Part shown: piece by piece, positions 1 through 11,955 of the stretch
Position numbering within the stretch: the first letter of the stretch is position 1
Layout: every line of letters begins with the position of its first letter
Source: Chrysomallon squamiferum
Lineage: Eukaryota > Animalia > Mollusca
Length of the DNA: 64,000 nt
Direction: 5' to 3'
Assembly: GCA_012295275.1 (NCBI GenBank)
Contig: CM022678.1
Coordinates: forward strand, 11,656,001 to 11,720,000
Translations under genes and position numbers: made by a program
The notes under the pieces: generated by a model
What the model was told of the DNA's origin: nothing
The model's input: the letters and a program-made list of their open reading frames with translations, nothing else
Databases searched by the model: none

Positions 1-63
1 CCACTGACGCGCACTCCTGGGGGCGGAAAGGCGAGTTGAGGCCTCCCATCAGTTTACAGAACT
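1..63 (-). CDS. Calmodulin-like gene, last visible coding exon (partial, continues past window start): (E)FCKLMGGLNSPFRPQECASV...
   Basis: Minus-strand acceptor (GTT)nTTTCAG with AG at 65-64. The first two bases AG complete the phase-1 G of exon 1382-1636 to give GAG (Glu12 of EF-hand 4). EFCKLM aligns with calmodulin EFVQMM. No stop before position 1. Not in the ORF track. Confidence 0.85.
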
Positions 64-500
64 CTGAAACAACAACAACAACAACAGTCAAACACTGCGC
101 CCCTGTAGTGTTCAGTGCGTGTGTGTGTGTGTGTGTGTCCGTGATGTGTACGTTTGTACGTGTATCTGTTTAAACAATTAAATATTACATTTATTTTTTT
201 TTTTTCGTTTATTAACTTTCAGTTACCATCATCATTGTCATCGTCATCATCATGTAATTTTTACATGCCTTTGCCATATTATTTTCTAATTTCTACTACT
301 ACCACAACTGCTGTTATAAGACTTTTGCAGCTACTTCTACAACTACTACTACTGTTACTATTACTTCTGCTACTACTACTACTACTAGTGATATTATTAC
401 TACTACTTTATTACTATACTTCTAATAATAATACATTTTATTATTATTATTATTATTTTACTATTATTATCACTATTATTATTACAATTACAGTTACTAC

Positions 501-554
<54 letters not shown>

Positions 555-1381
555 CACTATTATTATTACAATTACAGTTACTACTATTATTATTATTATT
601 ATTATTATTATTATCACACAACTATGGAAGGAAATCTGGCCCAAACTGAAAACTTTAATCGCCAGACAGTTCTGTAATAATTAGAACTAATTTATTTTAT
701 TTTTTACTGCAGATTTTATGACGTCACTGAAACGTGACGTACTTGGTGATCTCAGAAGGGCGGTTAAACATCTCAGCAGACTGAGATTCAGTAATTAACA
801 CAACTTAATTGCGTAACGAATAAAGAAAGCGGTGAATCGTTAATTTACAGTAACACGGAGAACGAAAGAAAGTTTAGAAGTCTATAAATAGAAACAGTTC
901 GGTTTGGCTGAAGAGAGAAAAAAAAAAACCACGTTAATTAATTTGTTTGGTTAATTGTGAAGATGAGTTTGTGAGTTAATTAATTTGGTTAACTGTGAAG
1001 ATGAGTTTGTCTAAGTGAGTTCTGTGTAAAAAAATTAATAATAATAAAAAAATAATAAAAAATAAAATAAAACAAAAATAAACGTATGGTAAATTTTCTT
1101 TATTCTTTCTTTCATCGTTTCGTTCTTTCTCGCGTTATTTCTATTTTTCTCTTCAGTACTTTCTCTCTCTCACTTTTCTTATTTTTTGCAGATTGCTTGT
1201 CTGTGTGTGTCTCTCTCTCACACAACACACAAACACACATACAGGCAATACACACACGCACACACACTACACACACGCACACACACTCACACACAATACA
1301 CACACGCACGCACGCACGCACGCACACACAACGCTCACACACGCACGCACGCACAGACACACGACTCAGCTGACAACTCAC

Positions 1382-1636
1382 CGTCAAAGTCGATCAAGCC
1401 GTCGCCGTTGAGGTCTGCTAACTGGAACATGGCCCTCGTGTCCTCTTCCGTCAGGTTCTCCCCCAGCCGCCTCATCACGTAGCGCAGCTCGTGCTTGTCG
1501 ATGTAGCCGTTGCCGTCCATGTCGAACACCTTGAACGTCTCCCTCATCTTGTCCTCCTGTTCAGCCTTCATTCCCTGACTCGACGACCACCGCGTCATCA
1601 GCGACAGAAACTCGTCATACTCCACAAACCCGTTTT
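1382..1636 (-). CDS. Calmodulin-like gene, 255-bp internal exon encoding the end of EF2, the central linker, EF3 and most of EF4
   Basis: Translation [84 protein letters not shown]. Acceptor TTTTCAG (AG at 1638-1637), donor GTGAGT (1381-1376), phase 1 at both ends. GC-rich island among repeats. Confidence 0.95.
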
Positions 1637-1668
1637 CTGAAAACAACAACAACAACATACTACAACAA

Positions 1669-1720
1669 CAGCGACAGAAACTCGTCATACTCCACAAACC
1701 CTTTTTCTGAAAACAACAAC
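1669..1720 (-). repeat. 70-bp-period tandem duplicate of the acceptor and first 38 nt of exon 1382-1636 (decoy acceptor AG at 1708-1707)
   Basis: 1669-1720 matches 1599-1650 except one substitution (g1632 versus t1702). Confidence 0.92.
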
Positions 1721-1970
1721 TACAACAATAACAACTACTACAACAACAATAATAACAATAACAATAACTACAACAACAACAATAATAACAATAACAATAA
1801 CAATAACTACAACAACTACAACAACAATAATAACAATAACAACAACTACAACTACAACTACAACAACAACAACAATAACAATAATAATAATAATAACAAT
1901 AACAACAACAATAATAATAACAGCAACAAAAATTATAAATAAAATATAACAACAACAACAATAATAATAA
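1721..1970. repeat. Compound (CAA/TAA/CTA)n microsatellite
   Basis: Direct reading; source of the Cys/Tyr- and Val/Ile-rich spurious ORF segments. Confidence 0.9.
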
Positions 1971-2519
1971 CCAGCCAAAAAAGATTAATAAATAAATAAC
2001 AGTAACAAAATTACATAAATAAAAATAAAATAAAATGTAACAACAAAAATAAATAAAATAAATAAATAAACTAACTAACTACTAACTACTACTCATAATA
2101 ATAATTTTTTTAAAAAACAAAATTTAAAGAAAAAACTGTTGAATTTATTTATTTATTTTTATTAGTTTTTTTTGTTTAAATTTTTCTGTTAAATTTAGTA
2201 GTAAAGGTTTTATGAAGTATTAATAATGAAAACTAAAAAAACTAATTATCTAATGATCGACTTGTGAATACACTTTCTCATCTTGTTTTTGTTCTTTGTT
2301 TTTAGAAAAGTCAAATTTGTAACATTTCTTCACCATCTGTGACAACAAACTGACGAAACAAAATCAGAAAGAACAAACGAACACGCAGACACACACACAC
2401 ACAAAGAACCGAAGAACAAAACAGAAAAACAACTAAAAATGAACTGAAGCAAATACAAAACTAAAATTTACACTTCTCAATACAGCCACATTATACTCAA
2501 GTGTATCACACAACAACAT

Positions 2520-2564
<45 letters not shown>

Positions 2565-3330
2565 ATATTTAACATTTTTCTTCCCATTCATTACGTGACA
2601 TTGTTTGTGTTATTATAGTATTTTATTTTTAAAAAAAAAACATCAGTAAGATTTTAGAAACCATTTTCAGTTTGGACATTTTAACAGCTTCGCAGAGTTA
2701 AAAACGTGTTAGAACGCAGAGCTGGTTTTATCTGTTGAGACTGTTGCTGGAAATAATACGATTACAGCGAGGAATCCATTATTCAGCGACTTCAGACTGT
2801 AAAATTATGTAAACTGAACACTTCTTCTGATGCCTTGGTTCTATTTATAGAGAAAACGAGACACGCAGACTGCAGGCTCGCGTCCCAGAAGAGGTAACAC
2901 ATGTAGTTTGACACAGGTAGTGTTAGACACAGATAGTGTTAGACACAGATAGTGTTAGACACACGTTTAGAAAACGTTTAAATAAATCAGTAGTTTACTC
3001 ATTCAGTTTGTGTTCACTGCTACTGGATTCTGCACGCACGACAGGCGTGCTTGAACTTACGAGGCAGGTAAATTCGAAACAGATGATTAATTAAAACAAT
3101 ATTTTATAACTTCTTAAAAATACTCTTTTCCGTAAGCACGGTCTGTAGTTAATTGTTAAATGAGCACCTAAGAAACATTAATGATGTTACTGTATTGTAA
3201 ACTTTGTTACTTTGTTACGCGTTACGATTTGTTACATCTTCACATGTTTAGTCGCTTCACTGTTGGTAACTGTTTCGTGTGTTCGTACGTTTATAGGTGT
3301 TCGTTTGTTTACGCATTTCACACACACACA

Positions 3331-3396
<66 letters not shown>

Positions 3397-6224
3397 ATCA
3401 CACACATACACTTGTACAGAGATAAATATCAAAATGTTTAAACTCCATGTTAGTGAAAATGTTGCCAACTCTTAGTCAAGCATCAAACACAAAAAAAAAA
3501 AACTTTTTAGAAAGAAAACATAAAAACAAGAGAAAAAAAAGTAATAATAATAATAATCGAAAATAAAACGTGTACCTGCTAGCCTGTGTTATGTAATAAA
3601 GACAAGAGCCGCAAAGATTCCGTATCACAAAAACAAACACGTGTCTGTGAGATAAGTTCGTTACAAAGAGGAAAGAACTCGAAGACCTTTCTCCTGAAAA
3701 ACGGAATCATTTGTCAAAACCATCCTCTGAAAACCTCGCCGTCTGCTCGAAACGCCAGACAAACAGGCCACGCCCTGCACGTGCACGATGCCAGACGAAG
3801 ATAACATTTTATAAAATTAAATATTCACATGTCACAAAGAAGTGATATTGTTTTCATCTTTTTTACCGGATGCATTAAACAAAACAAACAAACAAACCAA
3901 AAAAAAAACGTTTGAACTGATGATTTTTTGGTACATGATGAGTTTGTGTCAACATGACCTTCACCTTTCAGATATCATCTTCTAGGAAAGCTATAAAAAT
4001 AATGAACCGGATAAAAACATACAGAGTGAACAGCTCCCCCCCCCACATATAATCAGAAAAACAAACAGAAACAGAGACAGAGAGAAAGAATGAAAAGACT
4101 GTGTAATAACGAATACGTCTAATTCAGTGAAATGCGTTTTTCAAATCCAGTCTAGATTTTTACCACCTGTTAAAAATAACGTTTGTCACCAAATCATGCT
4201 TTTTTGGAGTAAAATTTGTTTCTTTGTCAAATTGTTTTTGTTTCTTTTCTTTCCGAAACTGTAGTGTATACAAACTACTGGTCACATAAGAATACAAATA
4301 TAATTCAAAACAAAACAAACAACAAGAAAAACAAAGAAACATAAAGATCAAACAAACAGCAAACACAACCTAACAAAACAAGAATCGCTACACATAAAGA
4401 AATCTTACAAGATATTTTAAAATCTCTGAAACGTCCCAACTAAGAATTATGCTTGATTCAATGATTTATTTATTTATTTATTTATACACATACACACGGG
4501 TCAACGTGACATTTTGAGAAATATTTCTACACAATTCACACAAATTAGATACCAGCTGATGACATTTTTGTAAAACTGAACAACTTGTGTCACCCTGACC
4601 CGCTGATCCTGTCTTCCACACAACTCGCAGAACTTCAACCTCGACGACAGATCTTTGTCTGTAAGGGGACATAATAAAAAAACTGGAACAAAATTTTATC
4701 TTTTCACTTCCTTGTTTTCCAGTTGACTTGTTTCGTTAAGATTTGTTTCTTTAAATGTCAGACTTGTGTCAGTTCTTCAATACATTTTGTGACATAAACA
4801 CCCACATACACTCATATAATCAACAACAACAACAACAACACAACAACAACAACAATAAACATACAATTGAAAAATAACATTAAAAACTGAATAAATTTAA
4901 ATAAAAAAAAGATCAATAAATAAGTAAATAAACAAATAAAATAAAAATAAAAATAAAAATTAATAAGAAGAGAGAAGAACCTGAGTAACACTGAATTACA
5001 TTTGAATTTAATGCGTGATCTAATTCAAATAATTTTTTAATTTTTTATTTCAAACAAAATAAAAGGTTTTAGATTCTAAAATTGCATTTAGTTTTTTGCT
5101 TTAAAAAAAATCAGAGATGGATAAACCTTGAAAACAAGTTCGACATAACAAGACAAACAGACAACAACACGACAGCAACTGCAATACTGACAGAAAGTGG
5201 CAACTACAACAACAACGATTAGAAAACATAGTACTAAAATAACTATTACTACCACAGCAACTGTTCTGTATTATTACTGTTATTACGTCAACTTTTACTA
5301 ACTGTACAGCAACACCAGTAGCAACAGCAATAACAGTAGGATAGGACTTGTGTTAGTAGTAAAAGTAATTGTTGTAATAGTAGGACTAATAGTATTAGTA
5401 CTGCTGGTAGCAGTAACAGTAGTGGTAGTCGTCGTAGTGGCAGTAGTAGTGGTTGTTGTTGTTGTTGTTGTTGTTGTTATTGTTGCTGTTGTTGTTATTA
5501 TTATTATCTCCTAATCATTACCACTATCAAATGTAAATAATAAAAGAAAAACTGACCACGTATCAACACAACGTTTTAGAAAGCAGTCTACAAGAACTCT
5601 GATATGAATATTCATGAACCTGTTTCTAACCGCTCTCGTGCTGAACCGCTAACTGACCAATCAGACGCGACGTCCAAGTCTCGCAGGACTCGAGGCGAGA
5701 TTTCACTGATAGTACTCACTACGCAACTGATACAAATTATCTCTCCAACCTGTCCTGGGCGCGCTAATCACACCGCAAAGACACAACGCTGGTGTTTTCC
5801 AATCGTACGTCACCATGGTAACGCGTCCGCGCGTATAATGACAGCACCAGGAAGAGGAATAAAGCGACAGACATTTTATTTTATCTGGTGAAATTCAAAG
5901 ACTGATTCAGATTTTTGCTGCGCACAGAGCATAAAAACAAAGAAATAAAAGAAGAAGAAGAAAAAATTTCTCAGGTTTTCTAGGAGACTTTGTTTGTGTG
6001 TATTTGTCTTTCTTACTGGGTGAAGCGTTTTGAAAATTAATATGACGCTGTTTGTTGTTGTGGTTGTTGTGGTTGCTGCTGTTTATTCTGGTGTTGAACA
6101 TGCTCCACCTTTACTATTATTATTATTGTTGTTGTTGTTGTTGTTTGTTTTTAGCAGCAGTATTTCTATTAATATTACGTATATTTTAGTAGTAGTTGTT
6201 CTAATAGTAGTGTTAATAATAATA

Positions 6225-6237
6225 ATAATAATAATAA

Positions 6238-6268
<31 letters not shown>

Positions 6269-6293
6269 GAAGAAGAAGAAGAAGAAGAAGAAG

Positions 6294-6325
<32 letters not shown>

Positions 6326-6337
6326 GAAGAAGAAGAA
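6225..6337. repeat. (AAT)n followed by (GAA)n microsatellite
   Basis: Direct reading. Confidence 0.9.
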
Positions 6338-6469
6338 AAAAGCAGAACTGAAAGAAGACAAAGAAATATAACATCAGCAACAACAACAAAACTACAACCA
6401 CAACCTCAACAACAGCTACAACAACAACAACACAAAATAAAATAACAAAAATATGTAAAGACGAGTTAC

Positions 6470-6613
6470 CGTTCGTGTCTGCGTTCTTTATCATTTCTTC
6501 TACTTCCGTCTGCGAATAGTCGTAGCCGAGCGTGCGCAGAACGCACCCGAGCTCCTCGCAGGAGATCTTCCCGTCATTGTTCTTGTCAAACAGGTCAAAC
6601 GCTTGTTGAAGTT
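6470..6613 (-). CDS. Calmodulin-like gene, 144-bp exon encoding EF1 and the first half of EF2
   Basis: Translation (E)LQQAFDLFDKNNDGKISCEELGCVLRTLGYDYSQTEVEEMIKNADTN(E). Acceptor TTTTCAG (AG at 6615-6614), donor GTAACT (6469-6464), phase 1-1. Same length and position as the 144-bp vertebrate calmodulin exon 3. Confidence 0.95.
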
Positions 6614-7162
6614 CTGAAAACACAAACAAAATACACAGTTCACAAAGTGAAACACAACACACACACACACACGTGTATATATATAAATAACAGAATCAAA
6701 GAAATCAACAAAATACGACTACTACTACAGGAGATCTTCCCGTCATTGTTCTTGTCAAACAGGTCAAACGCTTGTTGAAGTTCTGAAAACACAAACAAAA
6801 TACACAGTTCACAAAGTGAAAAACAACACACACACACGTGTATATATCAATAACAGAATCAAAGAAATCAACAAAATACGACTACTACTACAGGAGATCT
6901 TCCCGTCATTGTTCTTGTCAAACAGGTCAAACGCTTGCTGAAGTTCTGAAAACACAAACAAAATACACAGTTCACAAAGTCACACACAGTGTATATATCA
7001 ATAACAGAATCAAAGAAATCAACAAAATACGACTACTACTACAGGAGATCTTCCCGTCATTGTTCTTGTCAAACAGGTCAAACGCTTGTTGAAGTTCTGA
7101 AAACACAACACACACACACGTATATATATCAATAACAGAATCAAAGAAATCAACAAAATACG

Positions 7163-7170
<8 letters not shown>
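6559..7170 (-). repeat. Four-unit tandem array (periods 169, 163, 151 bp) made of the first 55 nt of the EF1 exon plus its acceptor and upstream intron; gives three extra pseudo-exon copies at 6728-6782, 6891-6945 and 7042-7096
   Basis: Units begin caggagatcttcccgtcattgttcttgtcaaacagg at 6559, 6728, 6891 and 7042. Each keeps TTTTCAG on the minus strand (AG at 6615, 6784, 6947, 7098). Confidence 0.95.
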
Positions 7171-7207
<37 letters not shown>

Positions 7208-7215
7208 ACTACTAC

Positions 7216-7251
<36 letters not shown>

Positions 7252-8692
7252 AAATAATAATAATAATCATAATAATAACTGACTAAATAAATAAATAAAT
7301 AAAAATAACCATAAAACAATATTTAAAATTATGAAAGGAAATAGTTTAAAAGACGATTTAAGTTGGGAAAAAAAAAAAAACCATTGTCAGGGAATAATAC
7401 TGGACAAAAAGTGTGAATTAAAAACGAAAATAAATTCAAAGTTAAAGAGAAACAAGAAATATACTTAATACACGAACCTACGTCAGAACAAGTAAAAAGT
7501 ATTCAAGAAATTCATTCTCAGTAATAGAATTTATTAAATTTACAATCGTTCCTTTAAATCTAATGTGAACAGATGAGAATTTTCTTTTCGTTCTAGTTTA
7601 ATTATGGCCAAAATCGTTTTATTTTGCAAAATGTGGCAGATTTATGTTAAAGGTTTATGAAACAATAAAAACACAATTTTCAATCTGCTTCAAGTTCTCG
7701 AGAGATTTTGCTTTTGTGTTTTTTTAACACGAGAATTTGGAATTACAATTTATAACAACATTGAGCTACATTTTCCTCGCAATTCTACACAATCAGTGTT
7801 GGCCATGCGACAGAATTTCGTTTTTGTGGAACATGTTTATGACTGTTTGTTTCTGAATGTTTCTCATAAATTGTTAAAATAATTGCTGATTATTAACAGT
7901 TTTGGAAGCGTCAAGATTTTAATCATTTAATACAAAATCATGATGCTAGTGTTTCTAACAACATTTCGCTAATTTGTTTATCGTAAGCGTTTATGAATTT
8001 TTCAATTATTTTGGCAGCATGAAAAATAATATTTTACATAGCGATCATACTTTCATGTTTTTGTATTAAATCTTGTAACAGTAGGTTATAACATTTCATT
8101 TTGACTTTTCTTTCTCTCTGAGTATCTGCCAGATTTGACAGTTTGTTAAATAAAACAACATTTCAGTAATTAGACAATTAAAAAATAATTAATTATGATG
8201 ACAGATTCACAATCATTATCACATTTAGTAATCACATTTTACATGATTAACATTTTATTTTTAAAATCTGATGTAAGCAGTAACATAAGATAAAACATTT
8301 TTTTTTTAACGTTAGTAAACTTTCCACTTGGTAGTATACAAAGCTATCGAGGTACAGTTACAATTAAAAAAGCATTGTCGCCATTTTTGCGTCATCAATG
8401 ACAACAGCAACATCATCATTTTGTGAGTGAGACGTTGTGTTGGCAGCGTAGTAATATGTTACCGTTGTTGAAGAATCCTACTTTTCTTTTGAGCTAGCAG
8501 TATGAAGAAAAAAAAACAGTTTTTAATTATTTTTATTTTTTATTTTTCTGCTCTTGCCAAGACGGGTTTGTGTGAGTGTGAAACAGCGAAACCAGTTTCT
8601 TGTTTTCAGATGTCTGAGGATACGACATACAGACAGACATTTATTATAGTTGTGTGCACTGAATGAACGAATGAAAGAAATAATGAATAAAT

Positions 8693-8732
<40 letters not shown>

Positions 8733-8885
8733 ACACACACACACACACACAGGCACACACACACGCACACACACACACGTACAGGCAGACAGACAGATAA
8801 ACAGGTGGGTTTGCAGGAAGGTAAAAAAAAAAATGCTGTTCAAACAAATGAAAATGAAATGTGAGATATTTCAACATATTTTTAA

Positions 8886-8901
8886 ATAGTCATGTATATT
8901 T

Positions 8902-8973
<72 letters not shown>

Positions 8974-9051
8974 TGTTAAGGCGATAAACAAATGAGTATA
9001 CAAACAGAAAGACTAGGAAATCTTATTTTTTTATAGTCATGTATATTTTTT

Positions 9052-9122
<71 letters not shown>

Positions 9123-9181
9123 TGTTAAGGCGATAATGAAATGAGTATACAAACAGAAAGACTAGGAAATGTTATTTTTTT
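8886..9181. repeat. Two-copy tandem duplication (period ~147 bp), each copy containing a (GA)n tract
   Basis: atagtcatgtatattttttga-(GA)n-gtgttaaggcgataa...aaatgagtatacaaacagaaagactaggaaat occurs at 8886 and 9033. Confidence 0.9.
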
Positions 9182-9325
9182 CACAACGTTCTAGTCACGT
9201 TTCTCACTAATTGCGAAAACAGATTTGAGAGAAAGGAAAAAAAGGAAAGGAAGAAAAAAAAGAGATTCTAAATAAAGAAAGAACTGCTACTGACGAATAG
9301 AAACAGAAAAAAAAAAAAATTTTAA

Positions 9326-9359
<34 letters not shown>

Positions 9360-9797
9360 CTAATTAAAATAAAATAAAAAAGAGCTTTTTCATTCAGACA
9401 TTATAGAGTAATCTTAAGAAAAACACAATTTTTTTTTTTTTTACAATTCTCGTAACTCTTCGGTAATTATCGTAAAACAGTACTAAACCGCAGACCGAAA
9501 TGACTAATTTTCTTCTTCTTCTTGCTTTCCCTCTCGAATCTTGGAATGGAGCACAACAAACTTTCAGCAGATGGTGCAGGTAATTTACAGGTTGTGTTTG
9601 TTTTGTTTTCGCGCTGTAAGTGTAGAAACAGTCGTACGTAAATAAACAAAGAGGAGGAAAGTGTTTTTATCTTCACAGCCTCGCTGTTCCGCAAACTGTG
9701 GGCGCCATTTTCTTTCGTGTCGATTTCGTCTGCTAATCAGCAGATCGGTTTTGACGTCACGGTTTTGAGTCTTTGCTGACGTTCCAGTATCAGATAC

Positions 9798-9862
9798 AAT
9801 ATACGTTACTAATAAACGTTACTAATATACGTTACTAATATACGTTACTAATATACGTTACT
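9798..9862. repeat. 13-bp minisatellite AATATACGTTACT x5
   Basis: Five consecutive units, one with a single substitution. Confidence 0.9.
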
Positions 9863-11920
9863 AACGGTTAGTTACAATATACATAAACAGTATTCATACA
9901 GAAATACACATGTTCGTCTATGTACATCAATATATATATATATATACATATACACATACACACACAGACACAGACATATAAACACACACACATACATAAA
10001 CACACACGCACATAATACAAAAAGATATACATACATATTCATATACCCACATATACACATACATACATATAACATATATACAATCAATCATAAATGCATA
10101 CGTACGCACATTCATACAAAAATAGACAGATATAAACATACAAAACTGCACGAAACACATTTACACCCACACACGACACCGCCCCCCCCACATACACCAG
10201 AGAGACCATGACGACAGCAACGTAGACGTGAACATATGTTAATCTGAGAAAACAAACTGACAGAAAGTTTTCTTGTTATCAACACAAACAACGAGTTCCT
10301 GGTGCAGATCGGTTAATGTGAAAACGACGTCTTGGCTTTCAAAACTCTTTTACTACTGAACCTGAGAAACAGGAGCGCTGCAGTTACTTAGTGTGCTTGA
10401 TGTTACTGTGTCTCTGCTGCGGCTATTACTGCTACATGAACTACAGCAACACAACAACTACTGCTGTTGCAACTACTACTACTACGACTATTACTACTAC
10501 TACTACTAGTACTACTACTATTACTACTACTGCTATTATTACTAATACTACTGTTACTATTATTATTACTACTATCACTACTACTACTGCTACAACAATA
10601 GCAACAACAACTTCTACTACTACTACTACTAATAATAAAGAAGAAGAAGAAGAGCAACAACAGTACAACAAGAATGTTAGAATCGGTGGACAACCCGAAA
10701 CCAAACAAAAATAAAATAAAAATAAAAATAAACAAATATGGCTGATAAATGAACTGCATAGCCTGCATAACGAACATTCATGCACGCCTTTCTAGGCATA
10801 AAAACGTAAATCTCCCTTGAGTCATTCCTTTTTTTTTTTTTTTTTCTGACACTCAGGTTTCTTTTCTTCCTATCATCAGATGCAGAGATCTGATCTGTCT
10901 ACTTTCTTTTTCTCCTTTTCTTTCTTCTGTTTCCTGTCCTAGGGAATTAAACACATTTCTTTCTATCCATTTATTTTTTCCATTTCATGTTTCTTTATTT
11001 ACTTTTTTCTCTCTTTGAAACTGAAAGCCATCTTCCATTAAAGGTTTTGCATGTTTGTCCCCCATCGACAACACAGCCCCCAATGAATTCATTGCCCCAT
11101 TTCGATCAATATTCAATATCGCTGATCAGATATGTATCGTCTTCCTGGCGATCAAGCTCGGGTGTTTTCGCTCGAGTCAGAGTTTTAATCACGGGAAAGA
11201 GCGAGTCGTCACAGAATGGACGTTCGAAATAAGGTTCGGCTCGGTAATACGTCCAAGCGCGACACATCGTGATTGACCGTCATCGACCGAGAAGTGCGGG
11301 AAAAACGAGACGCAGGCGATGATTGAACGACGAGAAGAAAGAAAGAAAGATCGATGGAGAAAGTTAACGGAACAGATGGACAGCGTCTGCTTTTTTTTTG
11401 TTGTTGTTTTTTAAGAGAATAGTTGGAACGGTAATTTAGCTTTTAAACAGAAGAATTGAGAAAGTCTCTGTGTCAAAGTTTTGGAGTGACGTTTTTAAAA
11501 TTAAAAGTGTTAAGTTGTAGAATGTTTGAATGTGTGTTGTTAAAATTGATGAGATCATGGAAGGAGAGAAAGACTGAAGAAGAAGAAAAAGAAAGAAAGA
11601 AAAGACGTTTACAGACATCGGCTTCAGATCTTTTTAAAAATGTTTCCTGTGATTTTTTTTGCTTCTGCTATCACGGCTTATACTGTAACAACAGCAACTG
11701 CAGCTACAGAACCAACCCTTTTACGACGAACACAACAACTACAACCGCAACACTAAACAAAAATAAGAAACACACACACACCCACAAAATAATAATATTT
11801 TAAATAGAAAATTAAATAAATAAATAATAAAATAAATACATTAAAACATCTTGAAAACGAACAAAGTGAAACGTTTGGTTTGGGGAAGTTTTCGGTTTAT
11901 CGAGGTTTTACATTTCAGTG

Positions 11921-11955
<35 letters not shown>

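Noticed and set aside
1335-1961. 208-aa ORF as a single-exon Cys-rich EF-hand protein
   Set aside because: Only 1382-1636 is bounded by splice sites. The Cys/Tyr-rich N-terminus is (TTG/TTA)n intron read-through.
6728-7096. Treating the EF1 copies as extra genes or full mutually exclusive exons
   Set aside because: Each holds only 55 of 144 exon nt, lacks the consensus donor and is nearly identical to the real exon.
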